From the NCBI RefSeq assembly GCF_963921235.1, contig NC_086108.1, positions 66,528,001 through 66,592,000 of the forward strand: a stretch of DNA of 64,000 bases, in the 5' to 3' direction. A model generated the notes under the pieces. That model did not search any database. It saw only the letters and a program-made list of their open reading frames with translations, and was not told where the DNA came from. This document shows, one piece after another, positions 1 through 10,071 of the stretch; position 1 is the stretch's first letter, and each line of letters starts with the position of its first letter. This DNA comes from Mobula hypostoma (taxonomy: Eukaryota). The position numbers and the translations under genes were made by a program.

Positions 1-409
1 CCTGAGTTCCTCCAGCATTTTGTAGCTGTAAATCGACACGCCATAGGCTCTCGAAAGTCATGTAAATGAGTCTAGAGCCTCATTTTCATACTTTTGGCAA
101 CACAACGACTTAGTCAATGTAAAATGAAGATATAAGCTTGGTAATAAAACGAGGCCTATCATTAGGTGGATAGTTTTCTTTTGTAAATTAGATATAAAAT
201 AATATTTGCAAACCTGGAATTGGTTATAACTTTCATAATCCTTATATATTTTTAGGATTTTTACACCTAATCTACTCAAGCTATAGAATACAAATATTTC
301 TCAATAAGTACTACGCATTAGATGTTACCCACTGGGCACAAAGATGTCCTGGTTTGTATCAACACGACGTAAATACGGTGTTATTTTACAGCATTAACGT
401 AAGAAATGA

Positions 410-727
410 ATGGTGCTGAATTCTAACAGTCAAGATGGATAACTTCACCCACCCCAGCACTGATCCGATTCCACAACCTATGGACTCACTTTAATGGACT
501 CTACACTCATGTTCTAGATACTTATTGTTTTTTTTCTTTTTCTATTTGCATAGTCTGTTGTATTTTGCACATTGTTTTTTTTGTCGGTCTCTGTCGTAAG
601 CGGGTTTTCACTGATTCTATTGTGATTCTTTCTATTTACTATGAATGTCCACAAGAAAATAAATGTTAGGGTAGTATGTGGTGACGTATATGTACTTTGA
701 TAATAAATTTAATTGAACTTTGAACTT
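410..727 (+). mobile_element. 3' end fragment of a Rex1-like LINE or a related non-autonomous element
   Basis: T-rich 3' UTR ending in AATAAA and a (TTGAAC)-like tail (tgataataaatttaattgaactttgaactt); similar 3' ends occur at 20.4-20.5 kb and 41.2 kb. Confidence 0.5.
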
Positions 728-1689
728 AGTGATTGTTATCGCGTTGCACACTTAATTAGATTTGGAGATGCAATAGATTACCAATGCTCGAGTCCGAAGC
801 AACAAACAATCTGATGCAAAGTTTCTACCTGAAAAGTTGACATTTCCTACCCCCCCCCCCACCCCCGTCGAGTAAATTTTGTCCATTTTACTCTGGTATT
901 CTGATTCCATTTCTCGATTGCCAACGTTTGGGTCGTCTACATTTTAAAGATATCCAAACTGCGCATCAAACATGATCTTGTTTTCGGAAATTTCTTTCCG
1001 CAAGGAAACTACGCTCAGCCCGCGTTTTGGTTGTCAATTAAAATTCTTTCCTTCCCTTAAAGCATTCAGTGTGCCCAGTGGCACCGAATTTTTAGCTCGG
1101 CATCACCTCGTATGTTAGTACTTTGTAGCTCATTACTCATGTTGACTTATTGTTCTATGATTTCATTTTTATCAGGTCATGCCAAATATCATAACTTCCG
1201 TATCATTTTGCAGAATTCGTTAATCTGTACTAAGAACCATAAGCGCTACTTCTAAAATTTATGAATTAACCCGTCATTGAGTGTGCAAGGAGTTTTAATT
1301 CTGCATTCTGAGTTTACTGTATGTTGTTCTGTCGAATCCATCAATGAAAATCTATTAACTTCAGAAAAAAAGCTTGGATGTGCGCCATGTCTCATATATT
1401 GCAGCACATAATTTTTCAATATAGAAATCTGTTTTGACCTCCGAAACAATTATGACAAATGATTAATATGCTTTCCACTAGCAAGCCGCCTCAAATACCA
1501 GTTTCAGGGTGGCGAGTTCCCTGCCACAAACACGTACACTTCCATATGCTTGTGGTTAAACTAACCAGCCGTACTAGATCTGGTAAGCGGCTACATATCA
1601 CGTAACGTTGATATATACAAGGAAACGAAAGTGTTTTAAGTATTTCAGACTCATTAGTTAGTGTTCTGCCGGTGTTTTGGGACTCTGGG

Positions 1690-2030
1690 CGAATTAGACA
1701 ATGTGACGTGCTTAGAAGGGACTTTATTACCCTTCCAGCTAATCGCCTTGACTGGAATTTTATTAGCCGCACAACCTTGACGTTACCTGGTAACAGTTGA
1801 GTTCAGGTGATAAGATGGAAGGGCTAATGGGTTTTGTACGTCAGTCAGGGCTATTGAAACGGATTATACAGCAGATCTGTAAATCCAGGGCGGAGAACAA
1901 AAATTACAATTTTCCATTGATTCTGGAGATGAGAGCCAAGGCATACATTAGAAGATCCTTCAGCAGAGAGAATATTATAATTAAAGGTGGCCTCTGTGCG
2001 GTTCGGCTATAAAGTGCATAACAACATTCA
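1690..2030. promoter_or_regulatory. candidate conserved non-coding element / enhancer
   Basis: Unique, CpG-retaining block with a palindromic RFX X-box-like GTTACCTGGTAAC (1782-1794), TGACG/CGTCA half-sites and several TAAT/ATTA homeodomain cores. Conservation not tested. Confidence 0.4.
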
Positions 2031-2069
2031 TCAAAACGAACTACCGAATATTGTTCCAATATGTAGCCG

Positions 2070-2110
2070 TAAATAAATATAAATATAAATATATAAATAT
2101 ATAAATATAA
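2070..2110. repeat. AT-rich simple repeat, (ATAAAT/ATATAAAT)n
   Basis: Read directly: taaataaatataaatataaatatataaatatataaatataa. Confidence 0.85.
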
Positions 2111-3249
2111 AACATTATCATACATTTCCCACTGCAAACTAATTTTCATTCTGTTTCTACCTCACGACAATATTTCATCTATCTAGTGATGATAAAACGT
2201 TGTCATGTCATGATCAAAACACATCTATAACTTGGCTTTCCACGAAGGCAGCTTGGACTCACTGTCCACTCGTGCATTCCGCAGACTGTGGAAGACTTCA
2301 AGATGTTCATGTGGAAATTGAAAAGATTTGTGAAGACTGTTATTACTTCTTTTACTACCTAGGGTTCTTCAGACCTAACTATTTTAAATAATAGAACTAT
2401 GAATTATATCGGCTGACATCTCATAACGTAGATTTGTTCGAGCAATGTAACAATCATTGTTATTCCTTTCCCTTATAAAGACTATTTCCGAATTCGTTCC
2501 ATCTTTCTGGTATTTATCACGCTTTCAGAATGTTCGCTGACTCCTGCTGGAATGTAAGCTGTTATTTATCCTGACGTCTCCAAAAAACATTCTTCTTTAT
2601 CATATTCAAGGATGAGTACTGACTAGCCTTATTTAGCTCAAGGTCTAAATTTAAAAAGATGTCCAAACATGTTCACACTCAACATTCTTGTGTGTGGAAT
2701 TGTATTAATGTTTATAAAATCATTCAGAGAATCGTATCAATTAATACCATTGAAAGAAGTCATTCGGCACATTGCAATCAAGCAGATCATTAATTGAATG
2801 CCGTCCACAACACTTTCTATTCAGATTTGTAGATTACCAAACACCAAGAAATCTTCTTGCATTGCCAGCATCTAGTAACAACCGTTTTGCCCAACTAGAC
2901 CAAAGAGGTTAGGGTAATTTCCCTGTCAATCAAATCTAGTGTCCCATCTACCAAATCACCGAGAATGCTTCGCTCACTATAGATTCTAGGATAAATGTCT
3001 TACTTTTATTTGAAGTTCCAGATTCTATTTCTACTACTCTTTATAGTTTGTAATAGAGTATCTGCCGTGGCAAATAACCCACCAATCTCCATATGATACA
3101 TAGAAAATCTGACTTCCAACAATTCTCGTAGCTCTGTTAGTCAGACCGCAAGTGGTGGTGAGAGTTTCTCTCTTAGCTAATATTTCAGACAAGTGCATAT
3201 CACTAATACACATAATGGGTGAAAAATCTTTCTTCATTCCCTTCTAATT

Positions 3250-4930
3250 CTTCTACTAATTATGCTACATCCATGCTCCTTGGCTTTTACCTCCTTTGCT
3301 AAATGAACAGTGCCGTTGTCATTTGTCCTCAGAATTATAAACATTTCAATTAAGTCTAAGCTCAGTCTCTATTGATCAAAGGGAAACAGCATCATCTTAT
3401 CCAATCATTTCACACTACGAAAAATTTCCAGTCTTCGCGACATCCTCATAAATTTCCATGTAGACTCCCGTACAATCTCATCTTTCTTGTAATATGCTGA
3501 ACAGAATTGTACACAATACTTAAGCAGTAACCTAACTAAAGCTCTATGCAGTTCCTGCATACCTCCTCTGCTCTTACATCTGTGCTTTGGCTGAAAAAGG
3601 AAACCTCCTTGGTATGTCATTTTAACCATTGTACTGACCTGTCCTGTTACTTGTAAAAATCTACGCATTTGCAGAGCACTTTGCTTCTCCATGTCCTGCA
3701 CCATCCTCCCGTTTACTGCATTTCCCAAAGTGCTTTATCTCACCCTTGTCTGGATGAAATTAATTTTCCATTTTCCACCTTGCTTTTCTATCATTTTCAC
3801 TATGAAATGAAATGAAATATCTTCATTGTCATTGCATAGTACAATTTGTCATGCACCAATACAGCGAAAATGAGTTTGCAACTCTCATACTCAATGCTAT
3901 AAAATAACAAATAAAATAAATAAACAATAAATAAAATCAAGTAACCAGCCAGTACAAGCAATGTCCAGCAGTACAAAAGCACAACTCAGATGCATGACAG
4001 CCATAAAACTAGTATTAAAGTAGCAATATAACAAATTTATGGATGATGCTTGATCGATTGGTTCAGGGCAATTATAGCTCTGGGGGAAAAGCTATTTTTC
4101 AGTCTGGAAGTGCTGGCATAGAAAATCTTATAACGTCTGCCTGATGGAAGAAATTGAAACAGATGATTGCATGGGTGTGAATTGTCCTTACAGATGCTTG
4201 TAGCTTTCCTTAGGCAGCGAGAGCTGTAGGTGTCCTCCAGGGCTGGGAGCTGTGTCCCGATGATTTTCTGAGCACTAGAGACAACCTGCTGAAGTGCTTT
4301 CCTATTAGCTGCTGTACAACTGAGATACCACACAGAGATGCAGCATGTTAAGATGCTCTCTATGGTGCAGTGGTAAAAGATCACCAGCATCTGTTCGGGT
4401 AGACCAGCTTTAGAGAATTCTAGCTCATTGTCAACCACATGACTAATTTTGGTATCATCTTCAAATTTCCTTCGAGTGCCTCTAATATTGCAATCTAAAT
4501 CATTGAACTATACCACCAACTGCAACTGAGCCCAGTGGAACCCAGTTTTTCAGTCCCAAAGCACGTATCGACAAATATTCCTTGGTTCCTGCCATGAGTC
4601 ATGTTTTGTTCCACATTTCCATTCTCCCTTTCACCCCCCAGGTTTATACTTTGAGTACATTAACAGAACCTTTTGCTCAAATCCACACAGTTTAGCTAAT
4701 ACTGTATATCAAGTAGCTACATCAATTGTATGCCTTATTAACTCTCCTAACTCAGTTCAACCCCAGGTATGACTTTCCCCAGATTAGTCAGTGCCTTTCC
4801 AATTGAAGCTTGTTATGCCCTTAAAAGATGATTTCAATAATTTGCCCAATCCTGGTTTAAATAACTGGTAAATTAGCTTATTGGTTGCACGATGTTTGTA
4901 TGTTGGCCATCCTCCAACCATCAGTTACTA
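3250..4930 (-). mobile_element. old CR1 LINE remnant, split by the Rex1-like insertion at about 3800-4412
   Basis: Decayed CR1 ORF2-like sequence on the minus strand (aatctccgtacaatctc..., ttggtatcatcttcaaattt resembling KFADDTK) on both sides of the Rex1 copy. Confidence 0.5.
3800..4412 (-). mobile_element. Rex1/Babar-like LINE, 5'-truncated 3' end
   Basis: ORF 4037-4438(-) encodes FYHCTIESILTCCISVWY...LPSGRRY...RLKNSF, the typical Rex1 RT C-terminus; (ATTTC)n tail at 3803-3818. Confidence 0.8.
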
Positions 4931-4945
4931 CTCCTGTTGGCAATA

Positions 4946-5204
4946 GGTATGTCACATCTGGAATTTTCCGGGTAGCGGGCGATTTCCTTCCACACTGCTC
5001 TGATGTATTGGAAAATCATGTACGAGGCAAGTTACAGCAGTGGTTTGCCATTGCCTTCTGCCGAGTGAGTTTTTTTTAAATTTAGGAGATTACCAACTCT
5101 TAACCCAGCATGAATGGAGAGCGTGCAAAGGTGCTGGCTGGAATCGAACTCGGGACCTCTCGCCCTGGAGTCTAGTGCCAATGCCACTACACCACCAGCC
5201 AGCT
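4946..5204 (-). mobile_element. tRNA-derived SINE with an RTE/BovB-type 3' part
   Basis: Minus-strand head with A box TGGTGTAGTGG and B box GAGTTCGATTCC; body contains GAAGGCAATGGCAAACCAC, resembling RTE-partner SINE tails; 14-bp TSD tcctgttg(g/c)caata at 4932-4945 and 5205-5218. Confidence 0.8.
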
Positions 5205-5801
5205 TCCTGTTGCCAATAAGAATAGAAAAATGATTATGATAGCCGCTATTTCTTTTCCTCCTTAACTTTTTTCAACAGCTTTGGTAAATTTTCACTTGGG
5301 CTTGATGATTTATACACTTTCATCAATTCTAGGCCCTTAATATTTCCTTTCTTTAATATGTTACAATATTTCAGTCCCTTCCTCCTGAATCACAACAGGA
5401 TCAATCCCTTCTTTTGAGTATAACAACTAACTATTCACTAAAAGCTTTATCTATATCCTTTGTTTCAATACCTCTTCTTGGTTCCAAAGAGTACCTTGGT
5501 CCAGTCCGTGAAGTCCGTATTCCAGTTCACAGTCCAGTCCATCGACCCTTGCTCCAGGTTTTCCTGTCTACCCTGTTTCTGTTCCTGTTTAACACTAATT
5601 GAGGCAGCTGATTCTCGTTGCGGCTGGCTGCGTAAATACCTCCAGAGACCAGGGCATGGCTGCTGGATTGTTCTTGTCCTTACTCCTTGTATCCCTTCCC
5701 CTGCCTTCTGTTTCCTCGCCTGAAGCCGTGCCTTGTCTTGCCGGTAACTCTCGCCTCGCCTTGCCTGTAGTCTTGCCTTGGAGACACCCTGTACCTAGCT
5801 C

Positions 5802-6152
5802 CCTTCCTGTCCCTTACCTCCGCTGGGTAAGTCAGGCTGTCTTGCCATTACCCTGTGGTTGGCTCTGTCCCTTCCTGTCCCCTGCCTCCATCGGGTATGC
5901 CAGGCATTCTTGCCGTTACCTATGGTTGGTTCTGTCCCTTCCTTACCTCCGCTGAGTAAGTCAAGGCATCTTGCCGTTACCCTGCAGTTGGTTCTGTCCC
6001 TTCCTGTCCCTTGCCTCCGTCAGGTAAGCCAGGCCGTATTGCCATTACCCTGCGGTTGGTTCTGTCCCTTCCTGTCCCTTGCCTCCGTCGGGTAAGCCAG
6101 GCCGTATTGCTATTACTCTGCGGTTGGTTCTGTCCCTTCCTGTCCCTTGCCT
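5802..6152 (+). repeat. minisatellite, about 68-bp unit, about 5 copies
   Basis: Unit cttcctgtcccttgcctccgtcgggtaagccaggccgtattgccattaccctgcggttggttctgtcc recurs at about 5802, 5870, 5938, 6000, 6068 and 6136. Confidence 0.9.
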
Positions 6153-6211
6153 ACGTCGGGTGGTGATCCGCGCCCTGCCCAGGGGTACCATGCCCTGCCC
6201 AGGAGGAGTTC

Positions 6212-6345
6212 CAAGACTCCAAGCCTTGAGCCTCGCCCCAAGCCAAGCTTCAAGACCCCAAGCCTCAAGCCTCGCCCCAAGCCAAGCTTCAAGACTCCAA
6301 GCTTCAAGCCTTGCCCCAAGCCAAGCTTCAAGACCCCAAACCTTA
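6212..6345 (+). repeat. minisatellite, 39-bp unit, about 3.5 copies
   Basis: caagac(t/c)ccaagc... recurs at 6212, 6251, 6290 and 6329; it produces the 13-aa repeat QASRLQASSLAPS in the ORF track. Confidence 0.9.
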
Positions 6346-7334
6346 AGCCTCTAGTCTCAAGCCTTGCCTCAAACCTCTGGTCTCAAACCTTGCCTCAAGT
6401 CTCTGTTCTCAAGTTTCGTCCTGCCAGCCAAGTCACGTCTTTACCTAGTTCTGGGGTCCGAGCCAGAGGCAAGACTCAGGCTCTGGGTCCTTGTCCAGTC
6501 TCTGGCTCGGAGTCCAAGCCTGGGCTTCTAGCTCTTTTGTCCAGTCCTGTTCCGGGTTCCCGGTTTTTGTTTCCATGTCCTAGCCCTCACCCTGTATCCT
6601 AGTCCTGTAGATAGTACTTCAGTGTCTGTGCCTTGCACTTGGATCCGTTCCCAGCCACCACCTTATGACATATTGATTCATAAGAGTACAAGGAACAATG
6701 TCTTTTGATTCTTCAAACAGCATCTACTCCAAATAAGTGAGCATGGAATACAAAATCCAGCTACTATTCAGCAACACTGGGATAGATCACTAAGTAGCCC
6801 CACTGATATATATACATATTTAAATTCAGGATAGATCAAAAAATACTAGAATTTCATTAAATAAGTACTTTTCTAAATCTATTTCAACGTCTATATGTCT
6901 TGGCATCTCTTCTGACCCACCCCAAATTTCCTAAAGAAAGTACTGTAGTTTAGGCCATTTTCTTGACTGTGTGAACATAGCTCCACAATGCTATTGGATC
7001 GGAAGTTGCAGAATTTAGACATAGTAATGATAAAGAATGGTGGTATATTTCCAGATCAAGATTGGTGATGTTCCCATTACAGATTATACTGATCTCATTT
7101 CTGATAGAGAATACAAGGTTGGGAGATGATGCTATTCTTAAATCAGCTAACATGGTTTCCAACTCATAGCTGGATAGGAAATTGTAAATGAATGAAAAAG
7201 TGTAACAAGAGGGGATAGGTAGGACACCTTCAGCTTGTATCTTGTAATTCATGTGTACATGCGGTTATAATTGCTCATTTTTATGACACTCCATACAGTT
7301 TATTTTAAATTTAAAACATGAGAACAAAACAAAA

Positions 7335-8010
7335 CAACATAAGAAATACGAGCAGGAGTAAGCCATTTGGTGGAATCTGCTCCACCATTCAATAGTATCA
7401 TGGCTGATATGACCAAGGACTCAGCTCCATGTCTTTGCCTTTTTCCCATAACTCTTAATTCCCCTGCTATGCAAAAATCTATCCAACTTTGTTAAAATGT
7501 ATCTAATAAGATAGCCTTTACTGCTCCCTGGGCAGAGAATTCCACAGATTCACTAATCTCTGGGAAAAGCAATTGATCCTCATTCATCCAAAATATACTA
7601 TTTTGAATCTAGAGGTTATGTTCCTTAATTTTAGTCTCACTTACTAGTGGGGGGAAAAAACTTTCTTGCCTCTATCTTATCTATCCCTTTCATAATTTTA
7701 CATGTTTCTCTCGGAACCCCTTCTGAATTCCTCCGAGTATCTCCCTGGGTAAATTAATTAAATCTCTTCTCATAGGCTAGCACCGCATTCTCCAGAATCA
7801 GCCTAGTGAGCCCACTGTCCACCTCTAAGCCAATATATCTTTCCTTGGGTAAGGGGACCAGAACTGCATGTAGCACTCCAGATGCGGCCTTACCAATACT
7901 CTGTACAGTTGCAGCATAACTACCCTGCTCCTAAATTCAATCCCTCCAGCAATGAAGGTCAATATTTCATTTGTCTTCTTGATAACCTGTTGCACCCACA
8001 AACAAGCCTT
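7335..8010 (-). mobile_element. CR1 LINE 3' fragment
   Basis: Typical CR1 3' end (aacataagaaatacgagcaggagtaagccatt...) and RT C-terminal remnant (gaccagaactgcatgtagcactccagatgcggcct, corresponding to RPHLE-Y-CVQFW). Confidence 0.8.
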
Positions 8011-8271
8011 TGGCTTTGACCTAGTTGTTCCTTGGTTTGTACAGTATCATTATTCCGCAAAAGTATAAATATGTTCCAAGCAGGCTGGTATACTTGTTAC
8101 ATAAATAAATGCACGTAGACGTGCTCAAAGAAGATCAAATAATCTCCTTTATCAAAACACTCATTATTTATTTTAGTGTCACACCTCTCTATACTATTTT
8201 AATGCAAAAATAAAGAAATGTTAGAACTCATCTATACTATTTTAAATGTGAAGAGCAAGAATCAATGTGAC

Positions 8272-8871
8272 CAGTAGTAGTAGGCAGCCGTCGATCCCAG
8301 GGGATCATGGGTTTGCGCCTCTGGTGGACTGTGTCTCAAGCTTGGGTAGGAAGATTTGAAGAAGCGGCTGTTGCCCATGCCGCAGGTTCCCTTTCTCCAT
8401 GTCACTGATGTAGTCCAAGGGAAGGGCAAGCACCAATCCAGCTTGGCACTAGTGTCGTAGCAGAGGTTGCCAGAGTGAAGTTGTAAACAACATCAAACTG
8501 CCTTATGGACCCTGGCTCCAGATTTCTTCCTCGGGGTTTACCCCTGAATCCTTTCCCCTGGTTGGATATGGCCACAAGGCAGCGGAGGTTTAAACTTGAG
8601 AGTTTTCCTTCTCCTAGGCGGGCTGCCGTCCACGGCTGATGGGCCTCTCCTGCCCGAAGCAACTGGTTTTGAGGCACCAGTGGTCCGCCTTTGCCCCTTC
8701 TGTTGTCTGTAGAAACAGTTCCGCCGGGCCTAGTACCTAAGCCACACGTGAGGGCCAAGAGTTGGACTTGGTTGTCAGAGGCTGTTAAGAGTCACATGCC
8801 ATTTGGAGCACTTTATAGGTAGTGGGAGCTTATCCCCACTACCACTCCCGGCTATGACAACCTTAGGAACC
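8272..8871 (-). mobile_element. non-autonomous RTE-derived element (5' UTR fused to 3' tail)
   Basis: The minus strand carries the RTE 5' UTR-type motif GGCAGCCCGCCTAGGAGAAGGAAAACTCT and ends in ...GACGGCTGCC(TAC)n. No ORF2 sequence. Body is homologous to 43171-43631. Confidence 0.65.
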
Positions 8872-8940
8872 ACAATACTAGTATAAAACAGGAAATGATG
8901 ACCATACTAAGCAGGCCCGGCAGTATCTGCAGAAAAAGAA

Positions 8941-9089
8941 TCTCTTACTATCAGTTAGTCCTGACGAAGGGTCTCCGCCCGAAACGTCGACTGTACCTCT
9001 TCCTAGAGATGCTGCCTGGCCTGTTGCGTTCACCAGCAACTTTTATGTGTGTTGCTTGAAATTCCAGCATCTGCAGATTTCCTCGTGTT
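8941..9089 (+). mobile_element. young PLE 3' terminal fragment
   Basis: Matches the PLE terminal repeat; flanked by a 13-bp TSD with 2 mismatches (tgcagaaaaagaa 8928-8940, tgcaggaagagaa 9090-9102). Confidence 0.85.
8957..8992 (+). ncRNA. minimal type I hammerhead ribozyme motif (PLE-associated)
   Basis: AGUC-CUGACGA-A-GGGUCUCCGCCC-GAAA-CGUC^-GACU: core CUGANGA and GAAA intact, stem I AGUC/GACU, stem II GGG/CCC, palindromic loopless stem III ACGU. Confidence 0.8.
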
Positions 9090-9997
9090 TGCAGGAAGAG
9101 AAGTTGCATTAATTTTCAGATTGCTCAGATGGATTGTTCCATGACTCCCCTGATGCAAAATCATCTAACTGAAACGTCAATTCTTTTTCTCTAGGAATAC
9201 AACCAGACCCGCTGGATATTTCCATATATTTCTGTTTTTTTTTAAATCAGACTGCTGGATTTTTAAGGCTGCATTACTAATAACTGAAATATCTACATTG
9301 TTTTCAGCAGCCTGTAATCCTTAGGATGGCTGGCAATCTTGACATTTATTTCATACTCCAATCTTCTTTTAAAAGTGGGTGCCAAGCATAATAGCATCCG
9401 ACAAAAGGCAGTAGGGACATCACCCTGAGATCTAAAAGCGCATGTTTATTAATTTCGGCAATTTTCTTAATAAGATTCAAATTTAATTCAGTATGTATTC
9501 GCTCTAACACAGAAACCGATTAAACCACATCGGTGACTATTACTCCTATTTTCACGTTGGCTGTTTGAAACGTAAATGCTGGCACCATTCTTAGGGCCCT
9601 GCATTTCGTCTCTAGCGTTGTGTCGCTGGTCCCAATTTTATAACCTGGTAGGTTAATGCTGACAAATTAGGTTCAGCTCATCAAGGATGATGTAGTTACC
9701 AAGAGAATGTTCTCCGACACGCATGCTAAGCAACCCCTTCATGTTTACACTAGAATAATGATGGTGCGTATTAACCAATATTACTGAATTTAACTTATTG
9801 GGTTAAATGGAGGACCATACTTAAAGTACGACTTGTATTTTTAGATCCTTCGCGCTTTCGTGACATCACAAAGTTCTTTAAAGACAATGAAGTGCCTAAT
9901 GTGGAATGTTATGTGGACGCAGTCGTAATATGCCAAACGTCATAATAACTTCCTTCTGTAGTCTGAGTATCCTACAGCCAAGTACCCTGTGCATCCG

Positions 9998-10018
9998 ATA
10001 TGTATATGTGTGTGTGTA

Positions 10019-10064
<46 letters not shown>
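9998..10064. repeat. compound microsatellite (TG)n(TA)n
   Basis: Read directly. Confidence 0.95.

Positions 10065-10071
<7 letters not shown>

Larger units (their letters stand above)
5495..6670 (+). mobile_element. LTR-like element (solo-LTR-like) with internal minisatellites
   Basis: C/T-rich non-coding insert ending ...ttgcacttggatcc...ccttatgACA, like fish Gypsy-type LTR 3' ends; no 5' TG start is evident. Confidence 0.45.
8885..9245. mobile_element. old hairpin-type PLE terminal-repeat remnant, interrupted by a young PLE tail
   Basis: Left arm ggaaatgatgaccatactaagcaggcccggcagtatctg and right arm ctgatgcaaaatcatctaactgaaacgtcaattc...ccagacccgctggatatttcc are decayed inverted copies of the PLE terminal repeat. 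Confidence 0.5.

Noticed and set aside
5125..5204. tRNA gene on the minus strand
   Set aside because: A and B boxes continue into a SINE body with a TSD; no clean cloverleaf or terminator directly after.
5802..6152. CRISPR-like regular repeats
   Set aside because: Head-to-tail tandem units with no unique spacers, no cas genes, and a vertebrate repeat context.
5599..6602. Pro/Ser/Leu-rich ORFs up to 151 aa
   Set aside because: They are translations of the 68-bp and 39-bp minisatellites, open in several frames, with no domain.
8600..8871. Twister ribozyme in the RTE-derived head
   Set aside because: I could not place the UAA cleavage motif and both pseudoknot pairings on either strand.
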